Shown in pieces: positions 26,183 through 37,531 of a stretch of DNA of 64,000 nt. Every line of letters starts with the position of its first letter. Within the stretch, counting starts at the first letter, position 1. The DNA is from Phaeosaccion multiseriatum (Eukaryota; Protista; Ochrophyta, other classes). The notes beneath the pieces were generated by a model. It was not told where the DNA came from and did no database searches. It saw nothing but the letters and a program-made list of their open reading frames with translations. A program made the position numbers and the translations under genes. The stretch spans positions 62,001-126,000 of the forward strand of contig OZ218957.1 in NCBI GenBank assembly GCA_965112735.1, written 5' to 3'.

Positions 26183-26450
26183 GTCGGCTCCAGGCGAGGT
26201 TTCTCGGGTCCCCGATAAAGCAAAAGCCTGCGGCGGCCTGCGGCCGAAAGTAAGAAGCCTGCGGCTGGCCTGCGGCTGGCCTGAGGCCAGAAGCCTGCAG
26301 AAAGTAGCGAGAAGCCTGCCAAGTCCCCCATTTTTCTCCCAGCCTGAGAAGCCTGAAGCCTGACCACTGGCCTGCGGCCAGAAGCCCGAAGCCTTAAAGG
26401 GGGGGGGGGGGCAGAAGCCTAAAGCCCGAGAAACCTCGCCTGGAGCCGAC
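26183..26450. mobile_element. MITE, 268 bp, perfect 26-bp TIR, 4-bp TSD (TAAT)
   Basis: GTCGGCTCCAGGCGAGGTTTCTCGGG at 26183-26208 and its reverse complement at 26425-26450; TAAT on both outer sides; internal repeated AAGCCTG motifs. Confidence 0.88.
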
Positions 26451-27633
26451 TAATGCACGCGCAAGGACCGACAAAGAAAATACGACAAGAGGGAGGCGGC
26501 ATCCGTGACGGTGCGGCTGACGTGCCACCAGTTGCTGCTGCTTCAGGCCTCTATTCCCATTCCTTTCACACGGCGAGCTTAGCTTAGCAAAACGGAGGAG
26601 CAAGGTATTATACCACACGCCCGTCTTGCCTTCAGTCTTCATCCCGTAGGAAGGTACTCCTCGCCCCATGCATTTACATGAAAGACCAAACGAAGCCGCA
26701 GCCGCTGTCGAGCAGGATACTGCAATGCTCTTGTTCCCTGGCGTCGTACAGTACCACCCGTGCTGATATTCTCCAAGATACAGGTGGAGATTATGCCTGC
26801 TGCTGCTGCTCCTGCTGCCCCCTCCCTTTGGAAGCCTCCGGCTCAATGCTGCGTGCGCTGGCATCAGGTGGTGACCAGTGTCTCGAGCAGGGTCGGTCTA
26901 GGTGGAGTTTCGAGGCCCTGCCTCTTCTTGCCTACGCCTCTGCCCCCTCTGCCTTGAGGAGCCTCCGGCTCAAGGCAGCCGCGTCCCTTTCAAAGCTCGT
27001 AGCAACACACAGAGGGGGTCCTGCAGACAAGTGGCCGACCATTAGCCCCATGCAAATGCTGGGGCCTCCCCCGCGTAGGGCGGAGAGAGTAATAGCGCGA
27101 GGAGAAAAAAAGGGCGGTATCGCGCCTATTCTGCGCGAACGAACGCGACAGGGTCCAGTTTGCTCCAAAACAAGCCGGCCTAGGCCCTCCATCACGTCAA
27201 CAATATCCTGAGGCACCCTCCACACTTAGGGTTACCACTTCTCTGCCGTTTGGCTTAGATCATGTGTAGTATCTGTTCTAAAACTTGTGACTAAGTTTTC
27301 ACCGGCAATTTGTCGGTTCTTTTCACAATCATTTTTGGCAATGTTGGAGCCCAGGCGCTTGCGTCTGCCAACTGGATGTCCTCGGCATTGCACTCCCGCC
27401 TTGTGATGTCCGACCTTCGGGTCACCCTCCTCTCTCAATACAATCAAAATCAACCAACACCTCTACGCACCACCCTCCCTCACCTCACCGACCAAACACT
27501 CCTACCTACGTAGAGGACGGCTCACAGGCAGGTCTTGCCTGCATGGGAGAGAGAAACAACGCATTGGACGAATAAATACCCTTTCAAAATGTCGCTCGTT
27601 GCAGCTCATGTTATGTAAGAGAGGTGACTCACC

Positions 27634-27899
27634 TGTTGAGATAAATCGATGTCGACACTGGATATCGATCTCTATATCGCCGGTACATATCCGATCACTC
27701 CCTTGATTTGGTAATGAGTTCATAAGACGCTTTCCCATATTGTCGTGTTGGGATATCTCCCTCTCTGGAGACTAGCGTCGTACTTGCACGGGTTGTGGGA
27801 AAGCGTCTTACTAACTCATTACCAAATCAAGGGAGTGATCGGATATGTACCGGCGATATAGAGATCGATATCCAGTGTCGACATCGATTTATCTCAACA
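27634..27899. mobile_element. Foldback MITE-like element, 266 bp, 104-bp TIRs, TGT...ACA ends, 5-bp TSD (TCACC)
   Basis: Arms 27634-27737 and 27796-27899 are inverted with 2 mismatches; TCACC at 27629-27633 and 27900-27904. Confidence 0.9.
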
Positions 27900-28368
27900 T
27901 CACCTCCGAGACACTACCGTTTTAGAGACACCCAAACGACCCCCCCCCCCCCCCCCTTCCACCCCAAACTACTGCTTTAGCGAGTTTGAACATGCGCATC
28001 GTGTTGCCCTCGTCGGGCCCCAAGGGGGAGCAGGAAAATCCTTCCTTCCTTCCTTCTGGGCCATGCGGGTCTTACATAGATGTCCTTCCGCTCCTTCTTC
28101 ACCGTGGGATGAAGGCATCATGACCTTTGCCAACACCGCTCATAACTTTGCTGGTAACAAATTTCCGTCGTGTCACGAGAGAGCAAGATGGGGCAGAGGA
28201 GAGGTGCAAAAAGTTGAAAAATACTTTTTTTTTTTTTTTTTTTTCCCCTTGGTGCTTCCCCCTTCTCTAGCTACCCAGGCAGTGTGAAAGGGACGGAAGG
28301 GGGGGGGGCGTTGAGGAGGAGGACTGGGGTCTTGGAAGGAAGAGCTCTCAGTGGGTCCCGCATTCCAC

Positions 28369-29559
28369 ATGGACTCCTACCTGTCTGTCGGCTCAGTCGG
28401 GCAGCACAAGGATGAGGAGGAGGAGAGCACGGTGAAATCTGAGGCGGGGCCCGAGGAGCAAGGTGCCGCCGCTGGTGGGGCTGGGCATGAGGATGGAAAC
28501 ACACCTCACTCAGACTCTGAAGACGAGGGTGAAGCGGAGTCCAGCGATGATGGAGGGTCTGCGGTATCTAACGGGGAAGGAGGGAACGAGGGCTTCCTCT
28601 TTAAAGTTTGCCACGAGACCCTGGCGAATCTCGACCTGTTCGGTGTCGTGCTCGAATACGTGGGAAAGGGACATTTCCTATTTGTGGCTGGTACGAGTAA
28701 GGAGTGGAGAACCCGCTATACTCATTTGTACCCAGCCCTGAAGACAAACTTGTCGTCTGTGGTCAGCTCTGTGGAGTGCGTGAAATGGGCGATTCTTCAG
28801 GACCTGGGACTCACTGTGAAAGTCTTCGGAGCCGCTGCGAGGCACGGGGATGTCGAAGTGTGTAAGGCACTTCATGGCGTAAGATGCCCGTGGGATGAAA
28901 AAGTGTCTCTCGCAGCTTTGAACAACGAGCGGCATGGGCTGAGTATTCTCCAATGGCTGCGATCCAAACATGTTCCCAAGAAACAGCGTGGGGTGAATGT
29001 CCTCGACGAATGGCTGCCATCCGAACATCTTGCCGGAACGGCGAGGTGCCCGTGGAGTGCGCTTATTTGTGGATACGCGGCAAGAGGAGGCAACATCGAG
29101 ATACTCCAGTGGCTGCTTTCGGAGGAAACGAATGATCCATTTGATAGTTTCAGCTGGCACATTGTTTGTGGGGGGGGGCAGATTCCCGCCGTGGAGTACC
29201 TGCTCAATCATCCCCGCACGAGAGCCTTGCTCGAAGAGAAAAGTGACGACGAATGGCGCTGTGGAGCCCATTGCGCTGCGATGACGGGACACCTTGGGGT
29301 GCTGCAGTTCCTCCACGCCAATGCTTACGACCTCTGCGATTGGGATGGATCGGTCTGTCGATATGCAGTCCTGCACGCCAAGAGCCTGCCGATGCTCAAG
29401 TGGCTCCGCTCGGAGGAAGTGCAGTGTGAGTGGAACGAAGACTCGTGCCCACAGGTCCTCAGGGACAGAGGGATACTTTCTCAATTCGACACCGAGTCCC
29501 TCGAGGAGGTGAAGCAGTGGGTGCACGCCAATGGACACCCCTGCTACTGCCAGGACTGA
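28369..29559 (+). CDS. Intronless ankyrin-like (CPW family) protein, paralogue of 17251-18234, with acidic N-terminal extension
   Basis: VLEYVGKGHFLFVAGTSKEWR; AARHGDVEVCKALHGVRCPWDE; C-terminal KQWVHANGHPCYC shared with the first copy. Confidence 0.87.
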   Translation: MDSYLSVGSVGQHKDEEEESTVKSEAGPEEQGAAAGGAGHEDGNTPHSDSEDEGEAESSDDGGSAVSNGEGGNEGFLFKVCHETLANLDLFGVVLEYVGKGHFLFVAGTSKEWRTRYTHLYPALKTNLSSVVSSVECVKWAILQDLGLTVKVFGAAARHGDVEVCKALHGVRCPWDEKVSLAALNNERHGLSILQWLRSKHVPKKQRGVNVLDEWLPSEHLAGTARCPWSALICGYAARGGNIEILQWLLSEETNDPFDSFSWHIVCGGGQIPAVEYLLNHPRTRALLEEKSDDEWRCGAHCAAMTGHLGVLQFLHANAYDLCDWDGSVCRYAVLHAKSLPMLKWLRSEEVQCEWNEDSCPQVLRDRGILSQFDTESLEEVKQWVHANGHPCYCQD

Positions 29560-29840
29560 GGGGGAGAGGGACGCTCAAGCGGGGTCGGAGGACACATTTC
29601 ATAAGGCACATGGAGTAAGCTTCAACTCGCGCAATGGTCGGAGTAGTGGGAAAACGAGGAGGGCGCAACACACAAGCGCCTTTCCGGGGGGGTTGGGTCC
29701 ATTACAAGTTGGGTGCAAGAATTGGCACGCCCCCCACACCTTAGCTGTGGTTGAATTTCACTCCCGTCAGGGCCCGTCAGGGACTGAAAAAAAGGGTGGT
29801 GCGGTGCGGGAGGCCTTCTGGAGAGCGGCACATGACGTCT

Positions 29841-30109
29841 TGTTCTTGCTTGATAGCAAACCGCTGCAGCAACAGTTGAGGACGGGTACTGTACTAGAGT
29901 AACGGAGATGGGAGGAGTGATTGAATGAATGAATGCAGATGCTCGACTTGACTCTCCCCCGCAGGTTGAGACACTATGGCTCAGTCCACTTCCGCTTCAT
30001 GATTCTAGACGCACCACTCGTTGCCTTCGACCTGGGGGAAGGTCGACTGTTGTGCTTCCTCTTGCCAACAAACAGCCTCTGCCGCCTCGGCAGACGCACA
30101 CACGCCCAC
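29841..30109. repeat. Second copy of the 18791-19050 block
   Basis: Direct sequence comparison. Confidence 0.95.
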
Positions 30110-30904
30110 ACGTCCCGCTACCTGACACCCATGTATCTGACACTGTTCATATAACTTTGTTACTTGGTTTTATATATTCACATGCGAAGTACGTCCTACA
30201 AATAATGACCCGAAGTGCCATACTTGCTTTGCTTCAGCCAGCCTCTTCCCCACCCACCCCGCCCCCGACGGTTACGTGTTCTCCCCCACCGGTGTTCGCG
30301 AGTGCCCCCAATCAGGGGTTGACTCCAGATCCTCCTCCCCCCTGCCTTCTCCCACCCCCCCGTCCTGCTTATGTACGTGTGTCAACTCCCCCAGCCGCCA
30401 CAGAGGCGAGCACGCGAAGCTACGCTGGACAACCATCCCTGGCACCTGTGGGCCCTGCCCTAAGCAAGTACACACCTCTCTTCCTCCCTGCCCACTTTTA
30501 ACCATTTGATCCCAATACCACACATCCATCCATCCGATCCGAACCATTCTTTGCTGTCTTTGTCTTTGCTTCTGTCCTCTTTCCCCTTTCTGTCATTGCC
30601 CACCCACCCCCCTCCTGCACACCGTACCCAAAAAAAAAAAAAATCTCCTTTACCTGCTCACTCGTCTCGCTTCTATCCTTCCGTTGCGTTGGGTCCGCTT
30701 CGCTAGGCAGGGAAAGTCAAAACCGAAGTCGGGCGATTTTTACTCTCTCTCTCCCCGCTCCAGTGTATACACTCCGAATCAACTTTCCTTCCCCAGCAAG
30801 GCCCGCTTCCCCCTCCTTCCTATTCGGCACAAGCAGCCGACGCCTCTACGCATCATTCGCCCGTCTCTCCTCGCGTCGGCGTCTGTATCACCAACTCTTG
30901 AAGC

Positions 30905-32059
30905 TCAGCGTCCCTTCAACTTGTCAGGCAGCACCAGGTGAAAGGGGCTGCAAAGGAGGGGCAACAGCAGCAGTTGATGATACAGCGGGGGGTGGGTGGG
31001 TGGGAGGTGAGCGAGGCGACGAACAGAGTGTGAAAACGTCTCAGGTCAAAGGGGGGCGAGAAGACGCCAACTCGTCGCCCCCCCGCCCACCGAGATTATT
31101 TAACTCCCAAAACACACACACACACACACACACACTGACCTGATCTGCGCCTCGAATGTCTTCTCTCCCACGCTGCCCATCGCCATGAGGTATGAGCCCT
31201 TCATCTGACCCAGCACGGGCAGGTCCGCCCTCGGGGCGCAGGTCAGAGGACAGGCGGAGGAGTACTCGAAGGACTCACCGGGCTCAAGCACGGGCTGTTG
31301 GCCCACCACGCCTGGGCCGGACAGGGCCTGGAGGGGGGGCAGATATGATAGAGGCGTACGGGGGCAGGAGATGGTTAGAGGCGTAAGGGGAGGCGCTGCG
31401 TGGTGGGTCCAGTCCATGCGGAAGAGGTACTGTACTGGGGCAAAATGGGCCACAGAGCGAGGCTCACATCGGCGGGTACATGCGCATGGGTACCCACCCC
31501 CATCCCCACACCCAATCTCACACACCTGTGAGCCCTCCTTCTTGGCGACGGAGCTGATGACCCACTTGCGGCTCACGAGCTGCACGGTCTCCGGCGAGTT
31601 GTTGGTGATCTTGACGTTGTAAATGAAGATGAAGGAGTTCTGTTGGCCATGGACAGAGCAGGCGAGGGGGCAAGGCAGCAGCAGCAGCAGCAGCAAAGGA
31701 GAAGGTTAGAGCCCCTACGACATACTACTGGCAAACAAACAAACACCCTAGCCAGCCAACCCAAGCTCTGCCCCATCCCACGCCTTTCCTTCCTTCCTTC
31801 CTTACCTCCGTGGGGTTGCTCTGCTCCGGGTAGTATGACGCCGCCACCTCCACTCGCACCCCATTGGTGGTGCAGTCCGAGTGCGGGGGGAACACGATGT
31901 TGCCGTCCTCGTCCGTCTCGGGTGAGAGGGGGGAGTCGCCGGAGTCCGAGAACACATCGTCTTCCTCCGATCCGGTGGCGGCGGTGAACACGCCCAGAAA
32001 GGACTCAAACGGAGAGGCTCCTCCCCCCGCACCCACCACGTTGCTGCCACTGCCGCCGC

Positions 32060-32095
<36 letters not shown>

Positions 32096-34321
32096 CAGCG
32101 CTGGCGCTGCCGCCTCTCACTGCGCCGACTCCTCCCAAGGCCGCAGTGGCCGCGTCCACCGCCGCCTTGGCCCTCTCCTTGACGGCCTTCTTGGCAGCTT
32201 CCTGTAGCCCCGCCCTCCCCCCTGCCGACTTGCCCCCGCCTGTTGCCGCTGGTGCTTTACTGCCACCCAGTGCTGTTGCTGCCGCTGCTGCTGCCGTTGT
32301 TGCTGCCGCTCCTCCGGACGGGACCTTGGCTCCTGCTCCTACTCCTTTTGCTTCCGCTCCTCTCGCTCCTCCGGTGCTTCCGCCCCCACGTCCTCCTCCT
32401 TCTCCTGCGGGAGACAGCTCCGGGAACTTGCCCAGCAGGTAGGGCACTTGAGGGGGAGGCAGCACACGCGGGGCCCGGCCTTCGTCGATGGCCCTCTCCG
32501 CCTCCGCCGCCTCGTAGGCGCGCTGCGCAATGTCGAAGGCTCTCTTCACCTCCTTCTCTGCCTGCGCAGCAAGCTTCATGGGGCTTGGCATGGCCTGCTC
32601 TTCCTTCTTCTCCTGTACACAGAGAGCGGGGGGGGAGAATCATCAACAGGATAGGGGCAAGGCAAGTGAGGATCACAACAGGCGTCAAAACAAAAAAAAC
32701 GACGGAAGGCCTCCTCCACAACGCGCAACCACGCACAAAAGGCCCAGTGCTCCTTGCCCCTGCGCTGCCGTCTTAATCACACACCACCGCACGGCCTGCC
32801 TACCCGCCCACCGCTCCACTGCTCTTCCCGTCCACTCACATTTCGCTGCTTGGTCCTTTCCTCCTCGAGCTTGGCCTGCTTCCTCTCCATTTTGGCCTTC
32901 TCTCTTGCCAGTCTGCGAGCCGTGGGGCTCTTGGATGGCCTCCTTTTCACGGGCTCCACAAACGAAGGCGCCTCATCCGCCACATTGGCCCACGAGCCCT
33001 CGGACGTCTCCATATCCCTCATCCGCTGCTGCCGCGCCTCCTCTGCCACCCTCACGCGCTTCTCCTCGGCCTTGCGCGCCTGCTCCTCCTCCTCCATGAT
33101 AATTTCCTTCATGGAGACGACGCCCACCTTGATGAGGTTGGGGGTGAAGCCCAACTTCTCCGACTCCAGCCGAAGCTTGATAGCGGCCTCTGCCTTGCCG
33201 GCTCGCACGAGCCTCATGATCCTTGCCTTAAGTTCAAAGTAGGCGTCTTGGTCGCGCACCTTCTCCAGCTCGCCCCGCACCATCTGCGCCACCTCCAAGT
33301 CGCCGGCCCGGACCAGGCGCTCGTAGGCAATGGCGAGCTGCTTGGCCTGCAAGAAGCCCCTCTCCCGCTCCTCGGGCAGCTGAATCAGACGAGGAGGCCC
33401 AACCTCAGGGAAGATGGGGTGCCCTTCCTCGGTGTACTCAAGGACGAAGCCCCTGGTGTCCTCGTCCCGTCGGTAAATCAATTCCTCGATGGTCAGCGCC
33501 GGTGTCTCCTTGGCCTTCTCCTCCTTCCCTCCTCCGCCCCCTTCTGCTCCTGCTGCTCCTGTCAGCGCCCCTGCCTCCCCCGCCGACTGCTGGTCCTCCA
33601 TAGTAACACCTCCTGCCCCCCCCCCTTCTCCTCCGGTTGAATCTGCTGCACCAGCTCCCCCCTGTCCGAGCTTGCCCCCCTCCCCGCCCGGCAAGGCCAC
33701 CCCCGTGGCCGCATCCCCTTCCGCACTCGCCACCTGGTCGACTTGGTCTGTGCTGCCGCTCTCGTCCCCAGAGCCCGCGTTGGTGCCCGGAATGTTGTCA
33801 TTTGTTGTGGATGAAGCGCCCAGCACCACTCGTCTCATCCGTGGCTTCTGGCCCGCCTGTTGCATACGGAAGGTACGTCGCGCCCGCATGCCGGTGACAT
33901 CCTCTCCTCCTCCTCCTCCTCCTCCTCCTCCTCGTCCCCGTCCTCCTCCTCCTCCTCCTCCTCCTCCTCCTCCTGCTCCTCCTCCTCCTCCTCCCCCTCC
34001 TCGTCCTCCCGCTCCTCCTCCTCCGACATTGCCACTCCCACTAGGCGGCACGAGGTTTCTGAGAGTCGGAGGGCGGACGCGTCCCCCTGCTCTCCCTCTT
34101 ACCCCGCCTGCCCCTGCGGCTGATTTGGGAGGCACGTGGTTGCCTCCTCCCCCCACAAAGCCCTCCACCTGCTGACCCAACTCGCTCAGAAACAAGCAGC
34201 TCACGGCACTCAAGCTGAGGAGAGGAAGGAGTGCCAAGGGCCTCCTGCGCGCCGTGGGGGCATTGGTCTTGGCGCCCGCTCCCACCATAGTCTGTACAAC
34301 TCTCGGTGTTTCTCCACGCAT
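30905..34321 (-). CDS. Probably plastid-targeted ApaG-domain protein with two UVR-like helical motifs (about 5 exons; start 34321 or 34288)
   Basis: ApaG motifs: TNGVRVEV, FIYNVKITN, VQLVSRKWVI, GPGVVGQQPVLEPGESFEYSSACPL, GQMKGSY, last exon ISPFHLVLPDKLKGR* (30947-30905). Hydrophobic leader then VEG^FV. Confidence 0.85.
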
Positions 34322-34905
34322 GCGTGCAAACAAAACACGAAAAAACCGGCTGCTTTGGCTGCACAGCCGCGGCGACACTTGGTCCGATCCCCCTTTTCTT
34401 CCCTTTTTGTTACTCCTTCTCCCTCTCCCTCTCTTTCTGGAAGACGAAAGTCAAGTTGGCTCCTCGATGACGAAAGAAACTCACTCCACCTCTCTGACAG
34501 ATGGAAAGAGAAGCCGCGTGGGGTAGAAACAATACCAACTACTGCTGGCACGAGCAAGGGCTTTCCAATAAAAGCTGTTAATGTCTTAAAGCACTCCTTC
34601 TTCTTGCGAAGGAGGAGGCCTACCTCAGTTGTGCCGTCCCCACCTGGGCAAAAAGAAAGGGTTTCCAGGACGAGGGTTTTTGAGCGTTTCGACCCCTCGT
34701 TCTGGACAAGGGATACCAGGGAGGCATCAACAGCTTAGCTTTAAGCCTTGGAGGAGGAGCAAGCAGGAGAGGGTTGTATACGAGTCTCTGACGGACGCTT
34801 TCACCGCCGATTGTGGTGCTTGCCCCCCTTCTGTGGCTGGAACGAAGCACAAACCGCCACCTAAGCGCGTTCACGAGATTGATTTGGGAGAGAGCGACTC
34901 CAGCC

Positions 34906-36003
34906 ATGATTGCCGAGTATCAAGTAAAGTATGCGATATCCAGGGGGGACTTGAGCACGCTGCGGCCATGCAACGGCACAAGTGAGCCGGCGCCGCAGAC
35001 CTCCAAGCGCTTCATCACGACCACCCGGGAGGGGACCGAGTTGGTGGCAGCTCGGCTGGACGAGGTGCCCGGGCGGCAGCAGATGGCACAGGAGCTCCGG
35101 GAGAGGAAGCTACGCAACAACCGCACGAGCATCGTGCTGGGAAGTGGGCCTGGCTGCTGGCAGACGGACGCTCAGATGCGGCAGAAGGACATTCTCAACG
35201 CTCCGGCCCGGGGCTTGGACGTGGAGGCAAACAAGGTGCTCAAGCAGCAGCTAACCCGGACCAACTTTAGCTTCGGCGACGAGGCGCCCTCCTACGAGCG
35301 GGTAAATCTCCTACCGGACCCCACGGGCCACATCTCGGAGTACACGGGGGTGCTGAACGAGGAAGTCAAGAACCTCATCAAGAAGAGCAACATGTACTTT
35401 GGAAACTCGACGCCCAACTACACCAGTGTGGCCCACTCGGGTATGGCGGCTGGTGTGACTGAGCGAGGTCGGGGAGGGGGGGCAGGGCTGGGGCCCTCTG
35501 AGGGAGGAAATGGAACGGGACACGGTGGTGGTGGTGGTGGTGGTGGCATCGGGGCTGGCGAGGGTTGTGGTGGGGATGAGGAAGAGGCTGTCTTCAATCG
35601 GCAACACGCAAGCCAGGAGCCCCGCACCGTGGAGCAGACGAGACGGGACAACGCCGCCCTCAAGCAGGCGCTGACCAAAACCACGCTGACCTTCGGCGAG
35701 GAGAAGACGGACTGGACCACCGACTACCAAAGAGGCTTCACCTATGACGGCAAGCGGGAAAGGGACAGCAGCGCCGCCGCATTGGCCAAGGAGGTGAAGG
35801 ACGACCTACGGAGGTCCCACTTCTCCTTTGGGAGCGACAAGACCAGCTGGGAGACGGACGCCCACCGCTCCATGCGATCAATAGAGGGGGAGGGAGGGCC
35901 CACGCCGGAGCAGCGCCTGTCGCAGAAGAAGAAGAACAGGGAGCTCAAAGCAAACTTGCAGACCACCAACTACGAGATCGGCTTCGACGACGAGTACCAA
36001 TAG
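34906..36003 (+). CDS. Apparently intronless repeat protein resembling ciliary microtubule inner proteins (TEX45/SAXO-like)
   Basis: Six repeats of L/N-x-x-[TS]-x-[FILMY]-x-[FLI]-G: RTSIVLG, RTNFSFG, KSNMYFG, KTTLTFG, RSHFSFG, TTNYEIG, most followed by W/Y-x-T/S. Family assignment is tentative. Confidence 0.65.
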   Translation: MIAEYQVKYAISRGDLSTLRPCNGTSEPAPQTSKRFITTTREGTELVAARLDEVPGRQQMAQELRERKLRNNRTSIVLGSGPGCWQTDAQMRQKDILNAPARGLDVEANKVLKQQLTRTNFSFGDEAPSYERVNLLPDPTGHISEYTGVLNEEVKNLIKKSNMYFGNSTPNYTSVAHSGMAAGVTERGRGGGAGLGPSEGGNGTGHGGGGGGGGIGAGEGCGGDEEEAVFNRQHASQEPRTVEQTRRDNAALKQALTKTTLTFGEEKTDWTTDYQRGFTYDGKRERDSSAAALAKEVKDDLRRSHFSFGSDKTSWETDAHRSMRSIEGEGGPTPEQRLSQKKKNRELKANLQTTNYEIGFDDEYQ

Positions 36004-36566
36004 AGTGCCAACAGAGAACTAACAGAGTACCAATAGGAGAGGCGCCCTGCCAGAGGCGCACCCACGCACGAATGCACGCACTCCGCTGTTTATGTCACTG
36101 TTGTTGTCCATGCATTGGGGAGGGCACATACTGCAGCAACAGGAGGAAGAGGACGAGAGGGAGCGGGAGGGTGTGCCGCGTAACGAAGTGCGGACGGCTC
36201 TGCTCTTGTCCCCCAGTCGAGACGCCCAGCAAGGCAAGGCAAGGCAAGGCAAGAGGAGGCACAGCATGCATACATGCACGCACGCATGCGCGTGTGCATC
36301 CAGGTGTCGCTGAAAGGGAGAAGGAGGGGGAGGGGAGGGGACGGGCAATCGCGAGAAGAGAATGCAGGCGGGATGGTTCGGAGCTAGCGTGGTACGTTCC
36401 TTTTACCCATGTCTACGGCCTGATGCCATACCCATCACAGGCACACGTCTCTATGTGTGACATCGACCGCGGACAAGTTACTGGTTGCCTTTGCTCTCCT
36501 TCGATCTAACGTTGCCCTCGTTGGGCTTCCTTCCTGCTATACTTCCCCACAATCTCCCGCAAGCAG

Positions 36567-36729
36567 GGCTTACATGCCGAGGTCTATCTTTGCTCTGCTT
36601 CTCTGTCTCTGTCCGCCCTCAGGCTTACATGCCGAGGTCTATCTTTGCTCTGCTTCTCTGTCTCTGTCCGCCCTCAGGCTTACATGCCGAGGTCCATGTT
36701 TGCTCTGCTTCTCTGTCTCTGTCCGCCCT
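36567..36729. repeat. 55-bp tandem repeat x3 between convergent genes
   Basis: Units start at 36567, 36622, 36677. Confidence 0.95.
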
Positions 36730-36839
36730 TGCGCATAGCAATGACACTCTCTCTCTAAATAATGTATCTATACTTTTTATTACTTATCGGCACCAACGGG
36801 AGGTACCAAAAAGTCTAATTTCTATCATGTTCGTACATA

Positions 36840-37490
36840 TCACCCATCGTCCTCCTCATCGCTACTCTCATCCTCCTCACTGCTTTCCTCCTCATCTTCA
36901 CTGTCCTCTTCTTCGTCCTCCTCCTCCTCCTCCTCCTCCTCCTCCTCCTCTTCTTCTTCTTCTTCTTCTTCGTCCTCACCCTTCACCTCACCCTTGCCAT
37001 CCTTCGCCTCCTCCCCCTCATCCTTAGTCACTCCGACATTGCCCCCCCCCCCCTCCTCCTCCTCCTCCTCTACGTGATCCTCTTCAAGCATATCCTGCAA
37101 GTCCACTCCGAGCTCTTGTCCGTGCTCCTGCAGCACAAGATACGCATTAGAGCAGAGACAGAGAGCAGAGCGAAGAGTCACAAACGTACACACACAGACA
37201 CACATGCGCACACAGACACACACGCACACACACACGCACACACACGCACACACACCCATACCTCCGCGATTCTCCTGTAGTCCTCTCTGATGAAGGGTAG
37301 GCGGAAGAGCGCCTTGATGAACTTGGGGGCCTGTGAGGTGCGCACGTTGGTTGTTCAAAGGGACAAAGGTACGAGCGCAGAGTGACTGTGACTGCCCCAC
37401 ACTCCGAGCACAGACACGCGACCCTCCTCCCTGCGTGCTCGTTCCGAAGACTCATCTTCAGGGAGGCACCGTCTCACTCTCCCCTCTCTA

Positions 37491-37531
<41 letters not shown>

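Noticed and set aside
26460-27600. Short ORFs between the two MITEs
   Set aside because: No recognisable domain or coherent exon structure.
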